From Candidatus Latescibacterota bacterium (lineage in GTDB: Bacteria; Latescibacterota; UBA2968; GCA-2709665), in assembly GCA_965248435.1 (NCBI GenBank), contig OZ252100.1, positions 1,600,001 through 1,664,000 on the forward strand: 64,000 nt of DNA. Direction: 5' to 3'. Position 1 is the stretch's first letter. Every line of letters starts with the position of its first letter. The position numbers and the translations under genes were made by a program. Positions 27,849 to 38,091 of the stretch are shown here, piece by piece. A model generated the notes under the pieces. It did not search any database. It had not been told where the DNA came from and worked only from the letters and a program-made list of their open reading frames with translations.

Positions 27849-28768
27849 CGCCATTTGCCCACACTTACGTAGGCCTGCATTCTGGGGTCGAAGGCATCCC
27901 GTAGTCCATCCCCGAGAAGGTTAAAGGCCAGCACCGTCAGGAAGATAGCGAGGCCGGGGAAGGTCAGGACCCAGGGCGCGCTCAGGATCAATTCCCGGCC
28001 ACCGCTCAACATGGCCCCCCACTCCGGTACGGGGGGCTGCGCTCCCAGCCCGAGGAAACTTAGCCCTGCGGCGTCCAGGATCGCGGTTGCCAGCCCGAGC
28101 GTGGACTGAACGATCAGAGGCGTCAGACAGTTCGGGAGGAGGGCAACCCGCAGGATCCGGAAGTCACCCGCGCCCAGCGCTCTGGCCGCCTGGACATAGT
28201 CCGTTTCTCTCACCGAAAGCGCCGATGCGCGGGCCAGCCGGGCATACTGCGGGATAGCGACGATGCCCACGGCCAGCATGGCGTTCTCCAGGCCGGGGCC
28301 GAGGACGGAGACGATCCCGATGGCCAGCAGAATGCTCGGAAAGGCGAGCATCAGATCCATGGCCCGCATCAATACCTGATCCAGCGGGCCGCCCCAATAG
28401 CCTGCGGAAAGTCCGATGGCCGTCCCGAACACCAGGGAAATCATCACAGCCACCACGCCCACCCGGAGTGAGATCCTGGCTCCGTGGAGGACCCGGCTGA
28501 GGATGTCCCTTCCGAAGTCGTCGGTGCCGAACGGGTGCGTCAACGAGGGGGCCGAAAGGCGATTGTAAAGATCCTGGGCGAGGGGGTCGCCAGGGGAAAT
28601 GATCGGGGCCGCCGCAGCCAGCAGCAGGAAGGTGATCAACAGCAGACCCCCAAGCACTGCGAGCCGGTTACCTTTCAGTCTAAGCCAGATCTTCTTCGAC
28701 TGGCCGACGGAAAGGCGCGCGTTAGGCAGGCGATTCGTGCTGCCGGCGACAGATTCATCTGGCGCCAT
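27845..28768 (-). CDS. dppC: Dipeptide/oligopeptide ABC permease C
   Basis: HPFGTDDFGRD, GARISL, YVQAARALGA, SFLGLGAQPP.PEWG, NLLGDGLRDAFDP. Confidence 0.9.
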   Translation of the reverse strand: MAPDESVAGSTNRLPNARLSVGQSKKIWLRLKGNRLAVLGGLLLITFLLLAAAAPIISPGDPLAQDLYNRLSAPSLTHPFGTDDFGRDILSRVLHGARISLRVGVVAVMISLVFGTAIGLSAGYWGGPLDQVLMRAMDLMLAFPSILLAIGIVSVLGPGLENAMLAVGIVAIPQYARLARASALSVRETDYVQAARALGAGDFRILRVALLPNCLTPLIVQSTLGLATAILDAAGLSFLGLGAQPPVPEWGAMLSGGRELILSAPWVLTFPGLAIFLTVLAFNLLGDGLRDAFDPRMQAYVSVGKWR

Positions 28769-29765
28769 ACTTGATCCTCGGATCCAGCCAGGCGTAGAAG
28801 AGGTCCGTCAGCAGGTTGATGATCACGAACGTCGTAGCGATAAGCAGCACGCCTCCTTGGATGGCTCGAAAATCGCGCGCGTAGACCGCCAGGAGCAGCC
28901 AGCGACCCACGCCGGGCCAGGCGAAAATGGTCTCGGTAATCACCGCACCCCCAAGCAAGTAGCCGAACTGCAAACTGATCACGGTAAGGATCGGAATGAA
29001 CGCATTCTTCATGCCGTGACGCAGGACCACGGCACGCTCCGAGAGCCCCTTCGCCCACGCCGTACGCACATAGTCCTCCCGCAACACCTCGAGCATGCTG
29101 GAACGGGTCATCCTCGCGATCACGGCGGCGGGAACCGTCCCCAGCGTCACTGCGGGCAGGACCAGGTGCCACAGGGCATCGCCGAATGCTCGAACGTCAC
29201 CGACGAGCAAGCTGTCCACCAGGTAGAGCCCGGTTGCGGAGGGGATAAACAGGGTGCTGCTGATCCGCCCGGAGACCGGAAAGAGCCCCGCGGCAAGCGC
29301 CAGTGTCATGATAAGAATCAGCCCCAACCAGAAGATGGGCATCGAAACGCCCATGAGTGAAGCGGTCATCCCAAGATAGTCGAGCAGAGACCCACGTCGA
29401 ACGGCGGACAGCAGACCCGCCGAGATCCCCAGAATCATCGCCAGTGCCATGCTCGCCAGGGTGAGTTCAATCGTAGCAGGGAATCGGCTCAGAAGCTCAA
29501 CGGAAACCCTCTCGTGAGTCTTGATCGACCGGCCCAAATCCCCCTCGAGCAGGCCCGCGAGGTAGCGCCCGAACTGGATGTGGAGGGGGCGGTCCAGCCC
29601 CAGTTGGTGTCGCAGGGCCTCGACGCTGCTCGCGCTTGCGCGCTCACCCAGCATCACCTGTGCCGGGTCCCCGGGTACCAGATGGACCATCAGGAACACC
29701 AGCACGCTGATTCCCAGGAGGGTGGGAATCAAGAGCAGCAGACGTTTGAGCAGGAAGGCGCGCAC
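28755..29765 (-). CDS. dppB: Dipeptide/oligopeptide ABC permease B
   Basis: PGDPA, GDLGRS, RFPATIEL, RSSMLEVL.EDYVRTA, ETIFAWPG, LDPRI. Confidence 0.9.
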   Translation of the reverse strand: MRAFLLKRLLLLIPTLLGISVLVFLMVHLVPGDPAQVMLGERASASSVEALRHQLGLDRPLHIQFGRYLAGLLEGDLGRSIKTHERVSVELLSRFPATIELTLASMALAMILGISAGLLSAVRRGSLLDYLGMTASLMGVSMPIFWLGLILIMTLALAAGLFPVSGRISSTLFIPSATGLYLVDSLLVGDVRAFGDALWHLVLPAVTLGTVPAAVIARMTRSSMLEVLREDYVRTAWAKGLSERAVVLRHGMKNAFIPILTVISLQFGYLLGGAVITETIFAWPGVGRWLLLAVYARDFRAIQGGVLLIATTFVIINLLTDLFYAWLDPRIKYGAR

Positions 29766-29912
29766 GGATGAAATCGGCTGGTAGGGAGGTTATTGGAAGG
29801 TTTTAGCCAGATGTTAGGGCCAAGGCTATAAGCGTTGTTGTAGAACACACCGACTTAACGATTATACGCATACTGGGGCCGATCCTGGGATTTTTCCCGA
29901 AATCGCGCAAAA

Positions 29913-30115
29913 CGATCAGGGCCGCGGTGTGCGACTCCTATGCAACCACCTGATGAACGTATCTCGTATCTCGTGAAGCGTATCTCGTCCGAGGTATCTT
30001 GCAAGTTCACTACTCGAGGTGTCGACGAGTTCTGGTGAGCTCCGGTGTTGGCCAGATACGAGATGCGAAATACGAGATACGGGTTTCCGGCCGCCGGAGG
30101 CAAGAGGCTGTGGGG
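29913..30115. repeat. Third copy of the dispersed repeat: conserved ends with a heptamer-palindrome interior
   Basis: Left end cgatcagggccgcggtgtgcgactcc, right end ggccgccggaggcaagaggctgtgggg. Interior has (cgtatct)n and inverted (agatacg)n. Confidence 0.75.
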
Positions 30116-30139
30116 TTCCTTGTGAAGAGCTTGTGCAAG

Positions 30140-31693
30140 CTACTCCTCGGCAAGCTCCACGTTGTGGAACCACTTGCTGCCGGTCGGATGGAGGAGGAAT
30201 CCGCTTACCGACGTCCTGAAGGCGGCCGTCTGTGCGGCGTGAACCAGCGGAACCCACGGTGCGTCTCGGTTCACGATCTCCTGGGCCTGTCGATAAAGTG
30301 CCGTGCGGGAATCGATATCGACTTTACGCTGGGCGTCAACGAGCAGCTCGTGAAGCGCGTCGCTCCGGTAGAACGCGATGTTGTTCGCAGGGTATTCCGT
30401 CGCGTTCTTGTCCAGAAGCACGTACAGGAAATTGTCCGGGTCCCCGTTGTCTCCGGTCCAGCCCAGAAGGGCCATGTCGTGCTGGCCGCGCTGCACCTTG
30501 TCCAGATAGGTCCCCCACTCGAAGGTGACGATCTCCGCCTCGATCCCGACTGCCGTCAGGTCGGCCTGAATCGCCTGCGCGATCTTCAGCGGCTGCGGCA
30601 TGTAGGGTCTTGGCACCGGCATCGCCCAGAGCGTTGTTCGAAACCCGTCGGGAAAACCGGCTTCCGCCAGGAGCGCTCGAGCGCGTTCCGGATCGTATGC
30701 GTAGCCCTTTACCTCCTCGTTGTAGCTCCAGAGCGTGGGCGGGATCGGATTGACGGCCGGAATCGCCATGCCTTGATACAGGTTGTCCACGAGGGCCTGC
30801 TTGTTGACCGCGTGGTTGATCGCCCGCCGCACGTCAAGCAGGTGGAAAGGCGGGCGGTCCATGTTCATCGCGAGGTAGCCCACGTTCATTCCGGCCTGAG
30901 TCAACAGCTGCAGGTTCGGATCCGCCTCGATGTTAGGGATGAAATCGGGCACCAGGTTGTCCATCCCGTGAATCGACCCCTTGGTGAGCGCGATCAACCT
31001 GACGGAATTCTCCGGAATACTCTTGAAGATCAGACGATTGACGCTCGGAGGCTTTCCCCAGTAGTCCGGATTCTTCTCGAGTACGACCCGGTCGTCCTTG
31101 ATCCACTCCACAAAACGGAAGGGCCCGGTCCCCACAGGGTGCCGGGGATAGTCATCCCCCCATCGCCTGACCGCGGTCGGGCTCACGATGGCGCAGAAGT
31201 TCATGGCCAGGTTCGATAGAAACGGTGCGTTGGGCCTGGACAACTCGATCTCCAACGTATATTCATCCACCGCGCGCACATCCCGCACGATCTCACTCAT
31301 CGACATGCTGTTCCAGTACTGATAGGCCCCCTCTACACGATGCGACGGGTGGTCCTCCTTGAACTGTCTGCCGAGTGAAAAAACCGCAGCCTCTGCGCTG
31401 AACTGGGTGCCGTCGTGAAAGCGGACATCCCTTCTCAAATGAAACGTCCAGGTCAGCCCGTCATCCGAAATCTCCCAGGATTCTGCGAGTTCGGGGATCA
31501 CCTCCGTCTTCTCGGGCCTGAAGGTCACGAGCGTCTGATAGATGTTGTCGCAGACCTTGAACGACTCGCCGTCTGTCTCCAGGGCGGGGTCGAGCCCTAC
31601 GGAATCGCCGCCGCGACCGTAAACCAGGGTGTTCGACTCCTGTGGCGCGCACGACATCAACGCCATCAACGCCGCAAAAGCGATCAATCGCAT
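30140..31693 (-). CDS. dppA: Peptide ABC transporter substrate-binding lipoprotein (SBP family 5)
   Basis: Lipobox LMSC, LAESWE.S.DGLTWTFHLR, PVGTGPF, RPYMP, GWTGDNGDPDNF. Confidence 0.92.
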   Translation of the reverse strand: MRLIAFAALMALMSCAPQESNTLVYGRGGDSVGLDPALETDGESFKVCDNIYQTLVTFRPEKTEVIPELAESWEISDDGLTWTFHLRRDVRFHDGTQFSAEAAVFSLGRQFKEDHPSHRVEGAYQYWNSMSMSEIVRDVRAVDEYTLEIELSRPNAPFLSNLAMNFCAIVSPTAVRRWGDDYPRHPVGTGPFRFVEWIKDDRVVLEKNPDYWGKPPSVNRLIFKSIPENSVRLIALTKGSIHGMDNLVPDFIPNIEADPNLQLLTQAGMNVGYLAMNMDRPPFHLLDVRRAINHAVNKQALVDNLYQGMAIPAVNPIPPTLWSYNEEVKGYAYDPERARALLAEAGFPDGFRTTLWAMPVPRPYMPQPLKIAQAIQADLTAVGIEAEIVTFEWGTYLDKVQRGQHDMALLGWTGDNGDPDNFLYVLLDKNATEYPANNIAFYRSDALHELLVDAQRKVDIDSRTALYRQAQEIVNRDAPWVPLVHAAQTAAFRTSVSGFLLHPTGSKWFHNVELAEE

Positions 31694-31772
31694 CGTCTAC
31701 CCTCTCTAAAAATCAACCTCGATCCCTCTTTAGGCGAATCTACTTCTGAATGAATATTTTTTCGCCAAAAGA

Positions 31773-31809
31773 ATCCTCCCCCTTTGGAAAAGGGGGGCAG
31801 GGGGGATTT
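31773..31809. repeat. CCCCCTTT..AAAGGGGGG palindromic element
   Basis: atcctccccctttggaaaaggggggcagggggatt. Confidence 0.6.
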
Positions 31810-31859
31810 GTTTCCATGTCGGACATCGATCTGCCCTCAACCGTGTCCAGGGACTGGAC

Positions 31860-31899
31860 AAAAATTCGGCCAGCAGTCCGCTCGCTTGTCTGCTGGCCG
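31860..31899 (-). terminator. Intrinsic terminator after the isomerase gene
   Basis: Stem CGGCCAGCAG/CTGCTGGCCG followed by AATTTTT on the minus strand. Confidence 0.55.
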
Positions 31900-31922
31900 T
31901 GTGCTACTCCATTGTAGATATC

Positions 31923-32921
31923 CTATTCGGAAAACGCGTCGTCGAACGCACGGCCTGGGAGGTCGAAATCCATGCTGTTCACGAACGCGCAGGCCTCCGC
32001 AGCGCCCACCTCTCTGTCCATACCGGAATCTTCCCACTCGACCGAAAGCGGACCTCGATAACCGATCTCGTTCAGGGCACGGATCACTTCCTCGAAATCG
32101 ATGCTGCCCCGACCCAGAGATCGGAAGTCCCACGAGCGATCCGGGTCCCCGAAGGACGTGTGCCCGCCGAACACCCCCGCGCGCGTCGGAACAGGTGAGG
32201 AATACGCATCCTTCATGTGGACGTGATAGATTCGGCTCTTGAACTCTCGTATGAATCCGACGTAATCTACGTTTTGATAGACCAGGTGACTCGGATCATA
32301 GTTGAATCCGAACTCTTTCCTATTTTTCAGGGCTTTCAGTGCCCGAGCGGCGGAACTGATGTCGAAGGCGATTTCGGTCGGGTGGACCTCCAGGGCGAAC
32401 CGCACCCTGTTCTCTTTGAAAACATCCAGAATCGGGTTCCAGCGATCCGCGAACTCTTCGAACCCAGCGTCGATCGCCGAGGCGTCCGTGGGCGGAAACG
32501 AGTAGAGCAGATGCCAGATCGAAGACCCGGTGAAGCCGTTGACCACCTTCACGCCCAGCGCCGCAGCCGCCTCGGCCGTCACGGTCATCTCTTTCGCAGC
32601 CCTGCGGTTCACGCCATCCGGCTTTCCGTTCCCCCAGACGTGGGCGGGAACGATCGCTTCGTGGCGGGCGTCGATCCGGTCGCACACCGCCTGCCCCACG
32701 AGGTGATTGCTGATCGACCACAACTGGAGCCCGTGAGATTCCAGAATCTCGTGGCGGCTTCTGCAATAACGGTCACTCGCGGCCGCCTTGCGAACATCCA
32801 TATGGTCGCCCCAGCAGGCCAACTCCAGACCGTCGTAGCCCCACGCGCTCGCCTTCTCTGCGAGCAACTCGAGTGGGAGGTCGGCCCACTGTCCAGTGAA
32901 CAGCGTGCAGGGTCTGGGCAT
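31923..32921 (-). CDS. Sugar phosphate isomerase/epimerase (AP endonuclease 2 TIM barrel)
   Basis: [38 protein letters not shown]. Confidence 0.88.
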   Translation of the reverse strand: MPRPCTLFTGQWADLPLELLAEKASAWGYDGLELACWGDHMDVRKAAASDRYCRSRHEILESHGLQLWSISNHLVGQAVCDRIDARHEAIVPAHVWGNGKPDGVNRRAAKEMTVTAEAAAALGVKVVNGFTGSSIWHLLYSFPPTDASAIDAGFEEFADRWNPILDVFKENRVRFALEVHPTEIAFDISSAARALKALKNRKEFGFNYDPSHLVYQNVDYVGFIREFKSRIYHVHMKDAYSSPVPTRAGVFGGHTSFGDPDRSWDFRSLGRGSIDFEEVIRALNEIGYRGPLSVEWEDSGMDREVGAAEACAFVNSMDFDLPGRAFDDAFSE

Positions 32922-32942
32922 CTTTCCCTCCTTTGGACCGTT

Positions 32943-34118
32943 TCAGATTCTCGGAACCTTCACCCACTTCTTCGATTTCGCGGACAAACTCACCGCCTCC
33001 AACACCGCCTGCACCCGGGTCCCCTCTTCGAAGTCGGGCGAGGCCTTTCGGTTCGCGGCAATCGCCTCCAGGAAATCCTTGATCTCGTGGATGAACGTGT
33101 GTTCCCATCCGATGATGTGACCCGGGGGCCACCAAGCCGAAATGTAGGGATGCACACCCTCGTTCACGATAATCTCCCGGAACCCCTGGACGTGGCCCTC
33201 GTCTTCTCGAGAGAAATACTGGAGTTCATTCATCTTCTCTAGGTTGAAGGCGATGCTCCCTTTGCTGCCGTTGATCTCGAACCGGTTGTGATTCCGCCGT
33301 CCCGCCGCGAATCGCGTGCCCTCGAACGACCCGATCGCCCCGTTCTTGAATCGGGCGAGGAAGAGCGTCGCGTCATCCACGGTCACCTTCCCCTTTCGCC
33401 TCCCGCTACCGCTGCTGGCCCGGAGTGAAGCACCAACCGAATCAACGAGCGGACGCTCCTTGATAAACGTCGTCTCTGCTCCGACCACGGAGTCGATCTC
33501 CCCCACGAGATGGTAAGCCAGGTCGACGATATGTGCATTCAGGTCCCCGTGTGGGCCCGACCCTGCCTTAGACTTCTGGAGACGCCAGACCAACGGGAAG
33601 TCCGGGTCGAGGATCCAGTCCTGGAGGTAGACGGCCCGCCAGTGGTAGATCTGCCCGATCTTCCCTTCCCTGATCAGTTCCCTGGCTAGCGCGATCGCGG
33701 GTACCCTGCGATAATTGAAGGCCACCATCGTCTTCTTTCTGGAGCGCTTCGCGGCCTTCAGCATCTCCCTGGCCTCTTTCAGGTTGTTGGCCAGAGGTTT
33801 CTCGCAGATGAGGTGCTTTCCGGCATTCAGCGCGGCGATCGCCATCCGGACGTGCTCATTTCCGGGCGTGCAGATATCGACCACATCGATATCATCGCGC
33901 GCGACGACCCGGCGCCACGAAGTGTCGCATTCTTGCCAGCCGAACTCTGTCGCCGCCTGACGGACAGCCGCCTCGTCACGGCCGCAGATCACCTTCATCG
34001 CAGGTTCCGTCCCGGTATCGGGAAAGAACATCGAAACGTCGCGATAGGCATGGCTGTGGGCCTTCCCCATAAAAGAATACCCGATCAGTGCGATGTTCAG
34101 CCGTTTCGGTTTCGCCAT
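32943..34118 (-). CDS. Gfo/Idh/MocA family NAD-dependent oxidoreductase
   Basis: IGYSFMGKAH, CEKPLA, FNYRR.PA, YLQDW, GDLNAHIVD, WPPGHIIGWEH. Confidence 0.9.
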   Translation of the reverse strand: MAKPKRLNIALIGYSFMGKAHSHAYRDVSMFFPDTGTEPAMKVICGRDEAAVRQAATEFGWQECDTSWRRVVARDDIDVVDICTPGNEHVRMAIAALNAGKHLICEKPLANNLKEAREMLKAAKRSRKKTMVAFNYRRVPAIALARELIREGKIGQIYHWRAVYLQDWILDPDFPLVWRLQKSKAGSGPHGDLNAHIVDLAYHLVGEIDSVVGAETTFIKERPLVDSVGASLRASSGSGRRKGKVTVDDATLFLARFKNGAIGSFEGTRFAAGRRNHNRFEINGSKGSIAFNLEKMNELQYFSREDEGHVQGFREIIVNEGVHPYISAWWPPGHIIGWEHTFIHEIKDFLEAIAANRKASPDFEEGTRVQAVLEAVSLSAKSKKWVKVPRI

Positions 34119-34157
34119 GCGCGTACCTTTAGCCTGTTTCTCAGACGATCGACTGAA

Positions 34158-35090
34158 TCAACCTTCAAACGCGCCCTGAATCCCGCGTCCCTTCTTGACG
34201 ACCTTCGTAGCCAGACGGATGGCAAACTCGACGGCCTCGCTCAATGCCTGATCCGAGCAAAGGCCGTGGAGCAACGCCGCGTTGAACGTGTCGCCCGCCC
34301 CTGTCGTGTTGGCCCCGTGCACCGGCTCCGTCGGAAGGCTAAGAACAGCTTCCCCCGCCCCTCCGAACGCCGCACCCTCTGCACCGCGTTTTACTACAAC
34401 ACGGTCGGGCCCCAGGTCCAGCAACCGCTCCACAAGCTCGCCCTCCTTTGCGTCGGACGCCCAGACGGAGAGTTCTGACTCGGTCCCGAGCAAGCAGTCC
34501 ACATCCTGCCACAACGCGTACATGTTCTCCGGGGTCACCATTCCGCCGAACCAGGGTCCAATGTCGAACGCGACCTCTGTCCCCCGCGCTCGGAATGCCT
34601 TGAAGCAGTCGCCCAGCCGCTCGATGTCCTCAGGAACCATCCCTCCGTGGCCCCCGACGAAAAACCATTTGCTGCTCGTCTGGTCCCGCGAGAACAAAAA
34701 GTCGACGCGTTCTCCCCTGAAATAAAAAGACCGCCGAAGCCCCTCGGCGTCCAGAAGAATCACGTTCACCGCCGTAGATGGGCTCGGTGGACTGATGACG
34801 TCGACGTTCGCCTCGTCGAGTCGAGATCGCAGAACGGATCCGAATGCATCGTTCCCGATCTGCGTGTTCAATGTCACACGACGGTTCAGCCTGCCGAGTG
34901 CAAGGGCCGTTCCACCCCCCTGTCCGCCTAGCACAGATTCAACGGGGCCGTCCAGAAAGTGCGTGTTGCCCGCACCAAAATCGTCTATCGCAGCGCCCAT
35001 TTCGGAAGGCACATCTCGAACCAGCAGGTCGAGCGCCGTGTTTCCTGCGATGTGAACATCAGGTGATTCTAAACCGTTCTCTTGACCCAT
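34158..35090 (-). CDS. PfkB family carbohydrate kinase
   Basis: LGGQGG, IGNDAFG, VKRGAEGA, NTTGAGDTFNA. Confidence 0.88.
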   Translation of the reverse strand: MGQENGLESPDVHIAGNTALDLLVRDVPSEMGAAIDDFGAGNTHFLDGPVESVLGGQGGGTALALGRLNRRVTLNTQIGNDAFGSVLRSRLDEANVDVISPPSPSTAVNVILLDAEGLRRSFYFRGERVDFLFSRDQTSSKWFFVGGHGGMVPEDIERLGDCFKAFRARGTEVAFDIGPWFGGMVTPENMYALWQDVDCLLGTESELSVWASDAKEGELVERLLDLGPDRVVVKRGAEGAAFGGAGEAVLSLPTEPVHGANTTGAGDTFNAALLHGLCSDQALSEAVEFAIRLATKVVKKGRGIQGAFEG

Positions 35091-35154
35091 CGCGATCTAC
35101 ACCGTTTCACCAGGACAGACCAGGCCTGCTGTTGACTTTCTCTGACGGGATATC

Positions 35155-36477
35155 CTATGCGATGGACTCGAGTCCCGACCGGATCGCATTCATGATTCGA
35201 TCCGCCTCTCTCTCGGTCAAGATCAGGGGCGGAGCCAGAAACAGCGTGCTCTCGGGTCCCGCCATCACGTGACTCATCTTTCCGACGATCACGCCCTCCT
35301 CGAGTATTCGAGCCTGCACCCGAGACGTGCGACCGGCATCCAGCATCTCCCCATCCTCACCCACCAGTTCTATGGCGAGCATCAGGCCCTTGCCTCTCAC
35401 CTCACCCACGAATCGAGACGCGAGGTTTTTAAGACCCTCCAGGAGATGGCGTCCGACGCGATCGGCATTTTCCCAAAGGCGTTCTTTCAGCAGAATCTCG
35501 ATGTTCGCGAGGGCGGCGGCACAGCACGCGGGGTGGCCGCCGTAGGTGCTGATCGATGAGTACTCGCGATCCTCCTCCGGTTCGCCCAGGAAGGCCTCGA
35601 AGACGCCCTTAGTAACGGCACACGCGCCTAAAGGCAGGTACCCGCTTGAAATTCCCTTCGCCATCGTCATCACATCGGGCACCACACCCCAATGCTCGGA
35701 GGCGAACAGCTTTCCTGTTCGGCCAAATCCGGTAATCACCTCATCCAGGATGAGCAGCAGTCCGTACCTGTTGCAGATGTCTCGCAGGCCGGGGATATAG
35801 TCGTCCGGGGGAACGAGCACCCCACCTCCTCCGATGATCGGCTCCGCGATCACGGCAACGACCGTTTCAGGACCTTCGCGTTGAATGGCCTTTTCGATCG
35901 CCCCCAGACCGTCCACGCCGGGCAGCGGCGGCTCCACGTGGACAAACCCCGGCGCCAGCGGCTCGAATTTCTCCCTGCGCTTCACCTGGCCCGTCGCCGA
36001 CATGGCGCCATAAGTGAACCCGTGATACCCCTGGTAGCGCGCGATGATCTTGTGGCGGTTTTCTCCGGGAAACTTCTGAAGACCGTACTGCCTCGCAACC
36101 TTGATCGCGGTTTCGTTCGCCTCCGATCCGCTGTTGCTGAAGAAGACGTGGTCGAGATCGCCTGGCAGGATCTCGCCTAAAAGCGCTGCCAGCCTTGCCG
36201 CCGGTACGTTGATCTGTGTTTGAGGATAGTAGGCCAGCTGCTTCATCTGCTCGTAGACCGCTTCGACGATCTCTTCCCTCCCGTATCCCACGTTCACATT
36301 CCAGATTCCCGCCATGGCGTCGATATAGTGCACCCCCTCGGAATCCACGACTTCAGTCCCTCTCGAATCCTGAAACACCAGGAGGTCTTTCTTGTCAAGA
36401 GACCGATGTTGAAGCATGGGGTGCCATACGTGTGCGCGGTCTTGTTTTCGAATCTCTTCCAGGTTGATTTCAGACAT
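35155..36477 (-). CDS. Class III (omega) aminotransferase
   Basis: DAMAGIWNV, NSGSEANE, YHG, EPIIG, DEVITGFGRTG, MAKG, TYGGHP. Confidence 0.92.
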   Translation of the reverse strand: MSEINLEEIRKQDRAHVWHPMLQHRSLDKKDLLVFQDSRGTEVVDSEGVHYIDAMAGIWNVNVGYGREEIVEAVYEQMKQLAYYPQTQINVPAARLAALLGEILPGDLDHVFFSNSGSEANETAIKVARQYGLQKFPGENRHKIIARYQGYHGFTYGAMSATGQVKRREKFEPLAPGFVHVEPPLPGVDGLGAIEKAIQREGPETVVAVIAEPIIGGGGVLVPPDDYIPGLRDICNRYGLLLILDEVITGFGRTGKLFASEHWGVVPDVMTMAKGISSGYLPLGACAVTKGVFEAFLGEPEEDREYSSISTYGGHPACCAAALANIEILLKERLWENADRVGRHLLEGLKNLASRFVGEVRGKGLMLAIELVGEDGEMLDAGRTSRVQARILEEGVIVGKMSHVMAGPESTLFLAPPLILTEREADRIMNAIRSGLESIA

Positions 36478-36554
36478 CTCGACCTCCGGGCATCTCGAGT
36501 TGCGTTCGACTTGACTTTTCAGTGGGGCAGTGCGAACTTTCAGATTCGCGGCGC

Positions 36555-36583
36555 ATCATAGCGCATTCAAATTCCAAAGTCAA
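36555..36583 (-). promoter_or_regulatory. sigma70-type promoter for the aminotransferase operon
   Basis: TTGACT-17 nt-TATGAT. Confidence 0.6.
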
Positions 36584-36600
36584 GGGTTAGTGCTTCAAAT

Positions 36601-38091
36601 ATGCCTGTAGAAACAAAATCATTGCAGACCTCGGACCGCCCGGACGGATCAAGACCGCTCGCGGCGTTCCCCTCTTCACAGCCGAGGCAAACCGAATCGG
36701 ACCGCCCAAACATCCTGCTCATCATGTCAGATGAGCACGCGCCGATGTTCAGCGGGCCTTATGGACATCCTCTCGTTCAAACCCCGAACATGGACCGGCT
36801 GGCCCGCGAAGGCGTCACCTTCGAAAACGCCTACTGCAATTCACCCCTCTGCATGCCCTCGCGGATGTCGTTTATGACGGGGCGCTACATCAGCAACATC
36901 GCGACCTGGGATAACAGCACACCGCTCGCCTCGGACGTCGTGACCTGGGCCCACATCCTGGGCGCCGAGGGATACGACGCGGTCCTCTCAGGGAAGCAGC
37001 ACTTCTGCGGCCCGGACCGGCTCCACGGATTCAGGGCCCAGCTTGCCAGGGACCTCCACGCCGAATGGTCTCACGCCGTCTTCGACTGGGACGAGGGCAC
37101 GCCTCGGGCGAACGAACCGTGGCTGGGTCTCGACGAAGCCGGTCCAGGCACGACCGAAGAGATCGAGGTCGACGATCTAGCTGAGGTTCAAGCGATCGAC
37201 TACTTGAAGGATCCGTCACGTCAGGACCAGCCCTGGATCCTGAATGTCTCTTTCATCGCACCGCACTTTCCGCTCGTTGTACCCGAGCGCTTCTTCAATC
37301 TCTACCCCACCGATCGCATCGATCTTCCGGAGATCCCTCCGGGACACCTCGAGAACCAGCACGCGGTCTACAAACGCATGCGCAGCATGTTCGGACTCAT
37401 CGATTTCCCTGAAGCCCACGTGCGCAGGGGTCGCGCCGGCTACTATGGCCTCATCACCTATCTCGACGAAAAGATCGGCCGGTTCCTCAGCGTCCTGGAG
37501 GAGACCGACCAGATCGACAATACGGTCGTCATCTACACGAGTGACCACGGCGAAATGAACGGTGAGCACGGGATGTGGCGTAAATCCAATTTCTATGAGG
37601 CCTCTGCTCGCGTGCCGCTTCAGGTTGTCTGGCCGGGACACCTGCCGGGCAATCGCCGCATCACCGGGGTCGTCTCTCTTGTCGATCTCGTGGCCACGCT
37701 CGTCGACATCGCGGGCGCCTCCTCTGGTGTGCCTTTGGACGGAGACAGCCTCCTGCCCCTCATGCTCGGCAAGGCGAGCGATTGGAAGGATACGGCCTTC
37801 TCGGAATACTTCGCACACGGCGTCGACAGGCCGATGGCCATGCTCCGAAGGGGCCGATACAAGCTCAATTACAGCCTGGGCGATCCCCCTGAACTCTACG
37901 ACCTCGCCGAAGACCCCAACGAATTTCGCGACCTCGCCCGGGACCCGAAATTTGAATCCCTGGTTGAACAGATGCAGTCGGAGCTCCTGTCCGACTGGGA
38001 CCCGGTCGAGCTCGACCGGCAGGTGCGGCAAAGTCAGAAGGATCGGCGCCTGCTCGATCAGGCGACTCAAGGCGCCTGGCGATTCCCGTAA
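36601..38091 (+). CDS. Sulfatase, choline-sulfatase-like (Cys-type)
   Basis: PNILLIMSDEH, TPNMDRLA, CMPSR formylglycine motif, GKQH, PHFP, SDHGE. Confidence 0.88.
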   Translation: MPVETKSLQTSDRPDGSRPLAAFPSSQPRQTESDRPNILLIMSDEHAPMFSGPYGHPLVQTPNMDRLAREGVTFENAYCNSPLCMPSRMSFMTGRYISNIATWDNSTPLASDVVTWAHILGAEGYDAVLSGKQHFCGPDRLHGFRAQLARDLHAEWSHAVFDWDEGTPRANEPWLGLDEAGPGTTEEIEVDDLAEVQAIDYLKDPSRQDQPWILNVSFIAPHFPLVVPERFFNLYPTDRIDLPEIPPGHLENQHAVYKRMRSMFGLIDFPEAHVRRGRAGYYGLITYLDEKIGRFLSVLEETDQIDNTVVIYTSDHGEMNGEHGMWRKSNFYEASARVPLQVVWPGHLPGNRRITGVVSLVDLVATLVDIAGASSGVPLDGDSLLPLMLGKASDWKDTAFSEYFAHGVDRPMAMLRRGRYKLNYSLGDPPELYDLAEDPNEFRDLARDPKFESLVEQMQSELLSDWDPVELDRQVRQSQKDRRLLDQATQGAWRFP

